A stretch of 64,000 bases of DNA from an uncultured Melioribacter sp. (GTDB lineage: Bacteria > Bacteroidota > Ignavibacteria > Ignavibacteriales > Melioribacteraceae), in the NCBI GenBank assembly GCA_964449775.1, contig CAYVBQ010000010.1, forward strand, positions 13,654 to 77,653. The letters run 5' to 3'. How positions within the stretch are numbered: the first letter of the stretch is position 1; every line of letters begins with the position of its first letter. The translations under genes were made by a program, and so were the position numbers. The notes beneath the pieces are model-generated. The model had not been told where the DNA came from and did no database searches. It saw only the letters and a program-made list of their open reading frames with translations. This document shows positions 27,450 to 36,314 of the stretch, in pieces.

Positions 27450-28493
27450 TTAAATCATTTTTGTTTTTTTTCTTTTGTGTTTTAATCCATATACTAATAC
27501 AAATAATGCAGAAACTGCCGCGTTAGCAACAGAATTTGAAATTCTATCAATACTATTAATTTCTTTGGAGATATGGACATAGTTCCTAAACAGACGGGAG
27601 GAATCCGATAACCTGCTCACGGAAATCGATAATAGTTTATTCAGTTCGCAAGTTTTTATATAATCATCAAAACTTTCATTCTTCGATTTAATCCCTTCAA
27701 ATAATAATAACTGCCTTAGTATTTCTTCCATTATACTGCCGGCTAAAATTATTGCAGGTTTATTAATATTCTTCTTTAGAAGATAATAAGCATGTTCAAC
27801 ATCGCGGAAAATTATTTTTCTAGCTATATCATCTTCAATAAAATTTATTCTTTTCCCGAATTCTTTTTTAGTAAGAGAAAATTCTTTTTTTATATTTACC
27901 CAAATATCACCAGGATCGTCACTGGTATTAAATATAGAATTCTTCGTTGAAAGGACATTACTTGTTTTCATACGCACAGATCTGATAAAATATTCCTCCA
28001 TTACTTCATATATATTTTTAAAGTAAAGTATCTTATCAAGACCTCCATTTTCAGAACTAATATTAACTTCATCCATTCCACTGTTTCTGAGTATTTTGCC
28101 CCCTGAAAAAATTCCTAAATCCCACATCAACATAAATGCGATACTTATTTCAGATTCACTTATCTGAAGTTTTCCAAAAATATCTTTAACACTTACTCGA
28201 AAATTAAAATTAGTATCCTTAATCATCTCTTTTAATAGACAAACTATTCTTGGCACTATGTCGTAGTATTTATTTTTACTATCAACATACCATATACCTA
28301 GTAAAGTCAATCTGTTGTCACGTAACAAGCTGTAATCAATTTTTTTATGATCGAATCCCTTTTCCAATTCATTTGCTAAACTTACCTTTACTGTTTTTTC
28401 ATCAACAATTCGAAAATCATAAGAGTAAATTTTTTCCAACCATATTCTTTCTGAATAGGTAAGTTTAAGTTTTGTGAACTGATATTTTTTCAT
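27450..28493 (-). CDS. hypothetical protein (347 aa), possible C-terminal HEPN-like domain
   Basis: The gene is very AT-rich. The C-terminal helical region AIILAGSIMEEILRQLL ... SRLFRNYVHISKE contains an Rx6H spacing (also RNxxH). I recognise nothing else. Confidence 0.65.
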   Translation of the reverse strand: MKKYQFTKLKLTYSERIWLEKIYSYDFRIVDEKTVKVSLANELEKGFDHKKIDYSLLRDNRLTLLGIWYVDSKNKYYDIVPRIVCLLKEMIKDTNFNFRVSVKDIFGKLQISESEISIAFMLMWDLGIFSGGKILRNSGMDEVNISSENGGLDKILYFKNIYEVMEEYFIRSVRMKTSNVLSTKNSIFNTSDDPGDIWVNIKKEFSLTKKEFGKRINFIEDDIARKIIFRDVEHAYYLLKKNINKPAIILAGSIMEEILRQLLLFEGIKSKNESFDDYIKTCELNKLLSISVSRLSDSSRLFRNYVHISKEINSIDRISNSVANAAVSALFVLVYGLKHKRKKTKMI

Positions 28494-28562
28494 TTGTTAC
28501 TCTGAAATTTTTGTAGATAGCATTATGATCAAATTTCTAAAAAATTAAAAAAGTTGCAACTC

Positions 28563-29387
28563 TCACTCTCTTCCTTTCCAACTCTCCATACTTTTATGAA
28601 CACCCATAACAATCATCAACTTCTGAAAAAGAAGATCTGGTAATAGTCCGCGTAATAAGATTGTCAATCGCAAACTTCTTGGGCGCCGAACCTGATACTT
28701 CCCTTTTTTCAACGCACCGTAAACAATTGCCCGCGCAATCACTTCATGATTTTTTACGAGAGGCACAATTAAATTCCCGAGGATACCAAGCTTGGCTCCT
28801 TCAAAGAGTCCTTTTGCAAGATAACTCGGATGAATTGAAGACCATCTCACTCCAAACTTTTTTTTATTCCATGATTCAAAGCGCAACGATTCCGTCAACC
28901 CCCAAACAGCCCATTTTGTTGCAGCGTAAACAGATAGGTTCGCTACTCCGAGCAAGCCGCTTGCAGAAGAGATATTAACGATGTGCCCGTAATCTCTCTC
29001 GTACATTCCCGGAAGGACTGCTCTAATGGTGTAGAGCATTGCTGTTAGATTAATTTGAATTGTCTTCTCCCATACTTCGTCAGGCTGATCGAGAAATTCG
29101 CCCCCTTTCACATAACCGGCGTTATTGATAAGAATATCGATTGAACCCATATCACTCAAAGCTTGTTGAGCCATCTGGTAAACTCTTGTCTTATCAGTTA
29201 CATCGCAGGAGTAGGTAAATACTTTTCCGCCTAAACGTTCAAGTTCACTTTTCGCTTTTTCCAATTCGGATTGATTGATATCCCAGATTGTTACGGTGCA
29301 TCCTTCTTGAACGAGTAACTTCGCAGTTGCAAAACCGATTCCCATTGCCCCTCCGGTAACTATCGCGTTTCTTCCTCTTAATTCCAT
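28563..29387 (-). CDS. SDR family oxidoreductase
   Basis: The motifs TGGAMGIG, NNAG and YAATKWAV are present. Confidence 0.9.
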   Translation of the reverse strand: MELRGRNAIVTGGAMGIGFATAKLLVQEGCTVTIWDINQSELEKAKSELERLGGKVFTYSCDVTDKTRVYQMAQQALSDMGSIDILINNAGYVKGGEFLDQPDEVWEKTIQINLTAMLYTIRAVLPGMYERDYGHIVNISSASGLLGVANLSVYAATKWAVWGLTESLRFESWNKKKFGVRWSSIHPSYLAKGLFEGAKLGILGNLIVPLVKNHEVIARAIVYGALKKGKYQVRRPRSLRLTILLRGLLPDLLFQKLMIVMGVHKSMESWKGRE

Positions 29388-29620
29388 GAAGACTCCTTTA
29401 TTAGTAATAAGAATTATCTGAACTAATTACTTTTAACAGAACACTGATTTTTATGATTGCTCATAATTCTAAAGATAGATCATAAAATAAACATACACAT
29501 CTTAGTAAATCCGCCTTCTATTCCGGTTTCAAAGAAAGATGAATTCTCTTCTTGTCTCATTGATGGAGTAATTGATTCTTCGTAAATTAAAAATAGGAAA
29601 AGAAGCACTTAATAACTCAT

Positions 29621-29752
29621 GTTACGCAGAAAGGAAAGATTCGCCACGAAGACTCTAAGGCACAAAGGTTTCACCAAGAAAAACATAAACTTTGTGAAGA
29701 TTTTGTGTCTTTGTGTCTTAGTGGCTAAGTTTTTTCATGTGGACTGCGTAAC
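29621..29752. repeat. long imperfect hairpin element (CACGAAG/CTTAGTGGC type) in a divergent promoter region
   Basis: The outer stem is GTTACGCAG (29621-29629) / CTGCGTAAC (29744-29752). The inner arms are GCCACGAAGACTCTAAGGCACAAAGG and TGTGTCTTTGTGTCTTAGTGGC. Confidence 0.7.
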
Positions 29753-29822
29753 GTGAATTAATAATTAATATTTCACTTCATTTCACTTTTGATAGAATTC
29801 TAAATTCAAATTCGGTTTTAGA

Positions 29823-30863
29823 TTGACAAAACTCAACAAAGAAAAGATTAAAAAAATACTCATCATCAAACTGCGCGGTATTGGTGATGTAGTTCTATCA
29901 ACAATTGTAATTGATAATCTTCGGAAAGATTTTCCTAATGCCCAAATTGATTATCTTGTTGAAGCTCCCTCACAGCCCGGACTACTTGGATTAACGGAAA
30001 TAAATGAAGTGTTAATTTTCGAGAGAAATGATTTTTGGAAGAAGGTTAGGCTTATTTCAAGAATCAGAAAGATAAGGTATGATTTAGTATTAGATTTTTT
30101 CACCAATCCTTCAACTGCAATAGTTACATTTTTTAGTGGAGCAAAATTTAAAGTTGGTTTTCCATATCGAGGAAGGAAATACGCTTATAACATATTCGGT
30201 CCGGAAGAACGGGGTAAATATCACTCTGCCCAACTTCATCTGGAAACTTTAAAGATGCTCGGACTTAATCACTCTTACAAAGAATTGTATTATAATATAA
30301 GTTCCTCGGCTTTACGTGTTGCAGAGAAATATCTTAGGGATAGTTTCATCGAAAATAATTTTGTTGTAGGAATCTGTCCTACGGGCGGATGGGCTTCAAA
30401 GAAATGCGATCCTGAAAAAATTGTTGAGATAGCGAACTCTGTTATAAAAAAGTTCAATGCAAAGATTTTCATACTGTGGGGTAAGGGTGATGAGGAAGAC
30501 GCCCTGAAAATTCATTCTCTCCTTGGTGATAAATCTATTCTTGCTCCTTCAACTACTATACAAGAACTGGCAGCCATGATAGCTCGTTGTAAAATATTGA
30601 TTGCCAACGATAGCGGACCAATGCATATAGCTACTGCTGTGGGAACGCCTGTTCTGGGTTTGTTTGGTCCTACAAGTCCTTATATGCAGGGACCCTTTGG
30701 AGATAAAAATGAATGGTCTCGATTGGATGAATTGGAATGTATCGAGTGCAATCTGCTGGTTTGTCCTCGAAAGCATGAATGTTTCCGTGATTTACCTATA
30801 GATAAGATTTTGGATAAAGTGAGCAACCTCATTTCAAAAAATAATTTGTTGATCAATAATTGA
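29823..30863 (+). CDS. glycosyltransferase family 9 (heptosyltransferase-like) 1
   Basis: The segments ILIIKLRGIGDVVLST and NDSGPMHIA are present. The C-terminal Cys motif is CIECNLLVCPRKHEC. It has a TTG start. Confidence 0.85.
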   Translation: MTKLNKEKIKKILIIKLRGIGDVVLSTIVIDNLRKDFPNAQIDYLVEAPSQPGLLGLTEINEVLIFERNDFWKKVRLISRIRKIRYDLVLDFFTNPSTAIVTFFSGAKFKVGFPYRGRKYAYNIFGPEERGKYHSAQLHLETLKMLGLNHSYKELYYNISSSALRVAEKYLRDSFIENNFVVGICPTGGWASKKCDPEKIVEIANSVIKKFNAKIFILWGKGDEEDALKIHSLLGDKSILAPSTTIQELAAMIARCKILIANDSGPMHIATAVGTPVLGLFGPTSPYMQGPFGDKNEWSRLDELECIECNLLVCPRKHECFRDLPIDKILDKVSNLISKNNLLINN

Positions 30864-31933
30864 AAAAGATAGAGTTACTTTTCAGAAAACTTTTGCTTAC
30901 ACTTCTACTTATGACACGAAGGAATGCAAACCGCCGCGAGCCACCGGTTATAACTAAAAATTCAAAAATTCTGTTTATCAGGTTGAATCGAATCGGTGAT
31001 GCGCTTGTTACTACTCCTCTTCTTAAAGTGATTAAGGAGCAGATCGGTTGTAAGATCTACGTTCTGGCAAGTAGCAGCAATTATTTTGTGTTTGAGAATC
31101 AAAAATTGGCTGACGAGATAATTGTTTACATGAAAAACATTCATGGTATACGTTCACTTATTAAGATGATTAACCATCTTGAATTTGATATTGTTGTTGA
31201 TCTTCACGACGATGTATCATCAACGGTAAGTTATTTAATTGCCTTTTCTAAAAGTCGTTACAAGTTTGGTCTAAACAAAATAAATGCTAAACTTTTTACT
31301 CATATCGTCAATAAATTAGATTCTTCTTCGCACCATGTTGTTGAACGAGTAATGGAGTTTGGTAAGTTGTTCAACCTCAATTTGAATAACGAGACCATTA
31401 ACATTTTGTTTGAACCTAAGTATACTTCTATTACGGGAGCGGACGATTATCTGGTTAATCATTTTGCCGGGAAGAAATTCTTACTCGGAATAAATATTTC
31501 CGCAGGAAGCGAAGCAAGGTTTTGGGGTATCAAAAATTACAAGCGGCTCATTTCAGATCTGTCGAATTATAAGTTAAATATTCTTCTTCTCTGCTCTGAA
31601 AAGGATATTAACAACGCTGCGATGATTTCAGAAAATAAAATTCCTATCTATTACCGTCCAACATTTGACGAATTCTGTGCTATGATCCCAAAACTCGATT
31701 TTTTATTCACTCCGGATACATCGATTGTGCATGTCGCATCTGCTTTCAAAATACCCGTCTTTGGACTCTATGTTCATTACAATACTAAAGATTTGATCTG
31801 GTCTCCTTATAGATCTGAATTTGATTGTGTTATCACGGAGGATTCCGATTTAAGAAATGTTTCGTATGATTCTGTCTACCAAAAATTAATACCATTATTT
31901 GAAAAGATTTATTTTCAAAAAGGAGTTGTATGA
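30860..31933 (+). CDS. glycosyltransferase family 9 (heptosyltransferase-like) 2
   Basis: The segments ILFIRLNRIGDALVTTP and PDTSIVHVA are present. It overlaps the upstream gene by 4 nt and has a TTG start. Confidence 0.8.
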   Translation: MKKIELLFRKLLLTLLLMTRRNANRREPPVITKNSKILFIRLNRIGDALVTTPLLKVIKEQIGCKIYVLASSSNYFVFENQKLADEIIVYMKNIHGIRSLIKMINHLEFDIVVDLHDDVSSTVSYLIAFSKSRYKFGLNKINAKLFTHIVNKLDSSSHHVVERVMEFGKLFNLNLNNETINILFEPKYTSITGADDYLVNHFAGKKFLLGINISAGSEARFWGIKNYKRLISDLSNYKLNILLLCSEKDINNAAMISENKIPIYYRPTFDEFCAMIPKLDFLFTPDTSIVHVASAFKIPVFGLYVHYNTKDLIWSPYRSEFDCVITEDSDLRNVSYDSVYQKLIPLFEKIYFQKGVV

Positions 31934-33066
31934 ACTCAGAAACACCTAATTGTAAAAATTTTAACGGTTATAAACCCTGCTTTTCGGATCACAATTGTTG
32001 GGAAAACGGCTGTAAAGAAATGAATCCCATCGGAACAAAGATCTTAATCATCAATCTAGATGCGATGGGTGACGTCTTGATGACTACAGCCCAACTACCG
32101 GCAATTAAACGAAAATATCCTGATTCTACTATCTATTGGATTACACTTAAGATAGCAACCGGATTACTTGAAAATAACTCATACATAGATAAAGTACTTC
32201 CATATGATTTTGAAACTTTATCGATTCTAAAGTCAATTGAGTTTGATGTAGTAATGAACGTTGATAAATCAATGAGATCCGGCGCGTTAGCTATGCAAAT
32301 TAATGCTAAAGATCGTCTGGGATTCGGCATCAATTCGAACGGACAAATAATCACATTAAATAAAGGAGCCAAATATAATTACAAACTTGGCATGGATGAT
32401 CATCTGAAGTTTAAGATCAATCAACGATTTGGTCAAGATTATCTAGCGGAAACTTTTGATCTTGATTATAAACGGGATAACTATTTTTTCGAATTTACAG
32501 AGAATGAGAAGGGGTTCATTAATAATTATAAGAAAGAAAACGGTATATCAGACGAAGATGAAGTAATTGGTTTTAATACAGGTTGTTCCACCCTTTTTCC
32601 AAATAAGAAAATGACCGTTGAGCAACATATTGTTTTGATCGAGAAGTTTCTCTCATATAATAGATTTAAAATTATGCTCCTCGGTGGACCTGAGGATGAA
32701 GTAAGAAATAAAGAGATTGCTAAACAGTTTAATGGAGTTGTGATTAACACCCCGACCAATGGTGGGGTTCGAAAAGGAGCCTGTTACGAAAATATTCCTC
32801 AGCTCATAATTACAGGAGACTCGTTCGGTATGCACATTGCCATAGCATTGAAAAAATATGTAATTGCATGGTTCGGACTAAGCTGCTGGAGTGAAATTGA
32901 TTTATATGATCGGGGTATTAAGTTGTTTCCGGATAGTCTTTTCTGTGCACCTTGCTGGAAAAAAGTTTGTCCTTACAATCTTGAATGTATACAGATGATT
33001 GATCTGGAAAGAATAGTAAATGAAACTTTAGCCTATTTTGATAAGATAGAAAATGAATCGAAGTAG
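31930..33066 (+). CDS. glycosyltransferase family 9 with N- and C-terminal Cys-rich segments
   Basis: The segments ILIINLDAMGDVLMTT and GDSFGMHIA are present. The N-terminal Cys segment is CKNFNGYKPCFSDHNCWENGC and the C-terminal one is CAPCWKKVCPYNLEC. Confidence 0.82.
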   Translation: MNSETPNCKNFNGYKPCFSDHNCWENGCKEMNPIGTKILIINLDAMGDVLMTTAQLPAIKRKYPDSTIYWITLKIATGLLENNSYIDKVLPYDFETLSILKSIEFDVVMNVDKSMRSGALAMQINAKDRLGFGINSNGQIITLNKGAKYNYKLGMDDHLKFKINQRFGQDYLAETFDLDYKRDNYFFEFTENEKGFINNYKKENGISDEDEVIGFNTGCSTLFPNKKMTVEQHIVLIEKFLSYNRFKIMLLGGPEDEVRNKEIAKQFNGVVINTPTNGGVRKGACYENIPQLIITGDSFGMHIAIALKKYVIAWFGLSCWSEIDLYDRGIKLFPDSLFCAPCWKKVCPYNLECIQMIDLERIVNETLAYFDKIENESK

Positions 33067-33949
33067 AATTGATCTTCTCGAAAAGTATGAATCGTTAAAA
33101 CGACCCTTGATTCTTGACGGTGCGATGGGTAGTCTTTTACATCAAAAGAATATACCGCTTCATAAAAATCTTTGGTCTTCTATCGTCAATATCACTCACC
33201 CGGAAGTGATAAAACAAATTCACAAGGAGTATATTGATGCGGGAGCAGGGATATTAACAACGAACACTTTCCGGACAAATCCCAATGCCTTTCATAATTC
33301 TAACCTAAATATCACAAATGAGGAATTTATTCGGTGCAGTGTTCAATTAGCAATCAATTCAGTAGAAACAGAAGGAACGATAATCATCGCCGGCTCAAAT
33401 GCGCCTGCCGAAGATTGTTATCAAGTAGAAAGATTAATAACAAACAATAAATTAGATTACAATCATAAGTTACAGATTGAACAACTATGGGAAAGTGGTT
33501 GTGATATTATTTGGAATGAAACGCAAAGTCACTGGGACGAAATTGAAATTATATGCAAGTTTTGCTTTGAGAACTCATATCCTTTTACAGTTAATCTCTA
33601 CTTTAATGATGATCTAAAACTCATGAGCGGTGAACCATTAGCTGAAGCTGTTAATTTTATCTCTGATTTTTCTCCTATAGGAATAGGATTTAATTGCATT
33701 AAGCCGCAATTACTGAAAGAATATTTTCAAAAGAATTCCCCTTCAAAAAATTGGGGATTCTATTTCAATTGTGGCAAGGGCGATGTTCGTGATGAAATAA
33801 TGTCATGTGATTTGGACCCTAACAATTATATAGAAGAGATAAAACCATTTTTAGAAATGAATCCGATGTATGTGGGATCTTGTTGCGGTTCCAGTCCAAA
33901 TCATACAAAAGCAATCAAAGAGCTGTTCGATGAAGTATATCGAAATTAA
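33053..33949 (+). CDS. homocysteine S-methyltransferase domain protein
   Basis: It carries ILDGAMGS, GFNC and GSCCGSSPNH (zinc/homocysteine-binding cysteines). Confidence 0.8.
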   Translation: MNRSRIDLLEKYESLKRPLILDGAMGSLLHQKNIPLHKNLWSSIVNITHPEVIKQIHKEYIDAGAGILTTNTFRTNPNAFHNSNLNITNEEFIRCSVQLAINSVETEGTIIIAGSNAPAEDCYQVERLITNNKLDYNHKLQIEQLWESGCDIIWNETQSHWDEIEIICKFCFENSYPFTVNLYFNDDLKLMSGEPLAEAVNFISDFSPIGIGFNCIKPQLLKEYFQKNSPSKNWGFYFNCGKGDVRDEIMSCDLDPNNYIEEIKPFLEMNPMYVGSCCGSSPNHTKAIKELFDEVYRN

Positions 33950-34772
33950 GGCGCCCGCAAAAATTAATATCGGTTTATCTATACTTTCCAAACGTGCAGA
34001 TGGATTTCATAATCTATCCACTCTCTTCTACCCTATCTCTGATCTTTTCGATCTATTGATTTTCGAACCATCTGATGATTTCTTTTTTGAGTGTAACACA
34101 GATTCAGTTCCAAACGACCACTCCAATATTGTAGTAAAAGCAAAAAATATTTTAGAGATGGTTACCGGAAGACGTATTAATGTAAAAATTACTCTCAAAA
34201 AGGAGATACCTTCTCAAGCGGGTCTAGGTGGCGGAAGTTCGGACTCAGCCGCAACTTTGATCTCTCTCAACGAAATGTTTAGACTAGGATTAAAGCAACA
34301 ACAATTAATTGATATTGCTCTCCAATTGGGTTCCGACGTTCCGTTTTTTATTAGATCAAAACCGGCAATAGGAACTTTCCGCGGTGAGATTTTAGATTAT
34401 CTTGATCTTGAAATTACAGAGCCGATATTGCTCATTAATCCCGGAATCAATATCTCTACAAAAGAAGCATTCCAAAATATTGAGCCTATTGATTCAACGT
34501 TTGATTTCCGTTCAATTATCGCTGACAACAAATTAGATTATACACTGATGAAGTCAAACGTTAAAAATGATTTTGAGAAATATGTTTTCGAAAAATATCC
34601 GGAGATAGAGAGGATAAAGAAACAACTTTACGAGTATGGTGCGCTCTTTGCGCTTATGTCGGGCAGCGGGTCAACTGTTTACGGAATATTCCCCGATATT
34701 ACCGCTGCAGAAATGGCGAAGCAAAATATTTCTAAGGATTACTTTTGTTTTTTAAGTACTCCTCATTATTAA
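33930..34772 (+). CDS. ispE: 4-diphosphocytidyl-2-C-methyl-D-erythritol kinase
   Basis: The N-terminus is MKYIEIKAPAKINIGL and the GHMP motif is IPSQAGLGGGSSDSAA. I place the start at ATG 33930 rather than 33870. Confidence 0.9.
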   Translation: MKYIEIKAPAKINIGLSILSKRADGFHNLSTLFYPISDLFDLLIFEPSDDFFFECNTDSVPNDHSNIVVKAKNILEMVTGRRINVKITLKKEIPSQAGLGGGSSDSAATLISLNEMFRLGLKQQQLIDIALQLGSDVPFFIRSKPAIGTFRGEILDYLDLEITEPILLINPGINISTKEAFQNIEPIDSTFDFRSIIADNKLDYTLMKSNVKNDFEKYVFEKYPEIERIKKQLYEYGALFALMSGSGSTVYGIFPDITAAEMAKQNISKDYFCFLSTPHY

Positions 34773-36177
34773 CTTCGAAAATATCATACATGCTTGGTTT
34801 GTAGCGATAAGGAATCAAGATTTCAAAACTTGTACCGGGTTTGCCTTCTTGAGCTAATCGAGATGGACTTGTAACCCTAATTTCTCCGCCAAGTTTTTCG
34901 ACAATCTCCTTGACAATCGCCAACCCCATGCCGCTGCCTTCATGAATCATCTTATTGATGTTCGAGGCTCTGTAAAATTGATCAAATATTTTGTCAATCT
35001 CCTTTTGAGGTATTCCTATTCCACTATCGCACACTTCGAAATAAAATTTATCATTCTTGTCATCTATCGAAATCTCTATTCTACCATTACTCTCAACATA
35101 TTTAATTGCATTCGAAACAACGTTTGAGACTACCAGTTCGAGCAGAATTTTATCGGATATAATTGGTCGCACTACAGTTCTCTTATCAGTGAAATTTAAT
35201 TGAATCGATTTTTGGTTAACTATTTCATTGAGGCTATCTATGATATTAGTGATAAACTCCGATAAATCTATCGGATCGTTCAATCGTATCTCCAGCAATC
35301 TAACTTTTGAGATATTCAATATGTTTTTAATAAGCTGAAGAGCTTCTTCCGTTCTCAACTCGGCTCTTTGAATTTTTTGCGCTACCGTTTCACTTATTGG
35401 TCCTACATAACCGTTTTTAATTAACTCTAATATTGTATGTACAGCCGTAATCGGAGTTTTTATTTCGTGGACGATCCCGATTGTATACTTTTGTTTTGTA
35501 ATCTCCGCTTCATTCACTCTTTCTAATGATGAGCGTAATTGCTGTTCTCTCTTGTAAAGTTGATGAGCAATTTTATTAGCGATGTAGACTGAGATAAAGA
35601 GCATCACAGCAAAGATGATAACAAAAAGTATATCATAGGTTAAAGTATGCGGACGATTACTTAAAAATAAACCTGAAATTGGATGACTCTCCAAGTAATT
35701 ATATCTCTGCAAAAATGTTAAGAGGGCAAAAGAACAACTGACAACTCCTGCAGCAATGTACACAATGTAACCAGGCAGTACTAAACTGCCTATGATCATG
35801 TGAAAGATAAAGAACATATAGAGAGGAGATTCTATCAGTCCGGTAAAATAAACCAGAATCATTAAGGCAGTTAGATCAAGAATCATTTGAATCAGTGAAA
35901 GATGAAGAGCATTAAAACTTCCCGATGCTGTTCCAAAATATTTCCGTGACGAATGGATGATTAGATTGTAGAATAAAATTGATACAGTAATAAAGAAAAT
36001 TGCAATTATTTGTTGTCTCGTAAAGTTGAGATATAGAAGGTATTCACCGATAACTAAAAAACCAATTAAGATTAGAACCGCTAAATAGCGGAGGCGTATG
36101 AACCATAGATTGCGAATCCGTATCGCTCTCCAGAATTCACCATAATGTTCTGCCCATGGCGGTACAAGGTCTATCAT
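34732..36177 (-). CDS. membrane-bound sensor histidine kinase
   Basis: About six N-terminal TM helices are followed by the H-box HEIKTPITAV, the N-box VVSNAIKY, and the G boxes DSGIGI and GSGMGLAIV. Confidence 0.88.
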   Translation of the reverse strand: MIDLVPPWAEHYGEFWRAIRIRNLWFIRLRYLAVLILIGFLVIGEYLLYLNFTRQQIIAIFFITVSILFYNLIIHSSRKYFGTASGSFNALHLSLIQMILDLTALMILVYFTGLIESPLYMFFIFHMIIGSLVLPGYIVYIAAGVVSCSFALLTFLQRYNYLESHPISGLFLSNRPHTLTYDILFVIIFAVMLFISVYIANKIAHQLYKREQQLRSSLERVNEAEITKQKYTIGIVHEIKTPITAVHTILELIKNGYVGPISETVAQKIQRAELRTEEALQLIKNILNISKVRLLEIRLNDPIDLSEFITNIIDSLNEIVNQKSIQLNFTDKRTVVRPIISDKILLELVVSNVVSNAIKYVESNGRIEISIDDKNDKFYFEVCDSGIGIPQKEIDKIFDQFYRASNINKMIHEGSGMGLAIVKEIVEKLGGEIRVTSPSRLAQEGKPGTSFEILIPYRYKPSMYDIFEVNNEEYLKNKSNP

Positions 36178-36283
36178 ATATATACTAGATTATTAACTTT
36201 TGTACGCGTTCTCTTATTAATATAAAGAGATAGTATTGCAAAGTAAATGCGATTTACTTCATCAGTCTGAAAATTATAGATAG

Positions 36284-36305
36284 AGGGCTCACGATGATGA
36301 GCCCT
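36284..36305 (-). terminator. hairpin after hydA (putative terminator)
   Basis: An AGGGCTCA/TGAGCCCT 8-bp stem lies 10 nt after the hydA stop. Only a weak U-tract follows on the minus strand. Confidence 0.45.
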
Positions 36306-36314
36306 TCCAAATTA

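Noticed and set aside
33870-33929. Longer ispE start at 33870
   Set aside because: IspE homologs begin with M..I.I.APAKINL. ATG 33930 gives MKYIEIKAPAKINIGL, and the extension lies inside the upstream gene.
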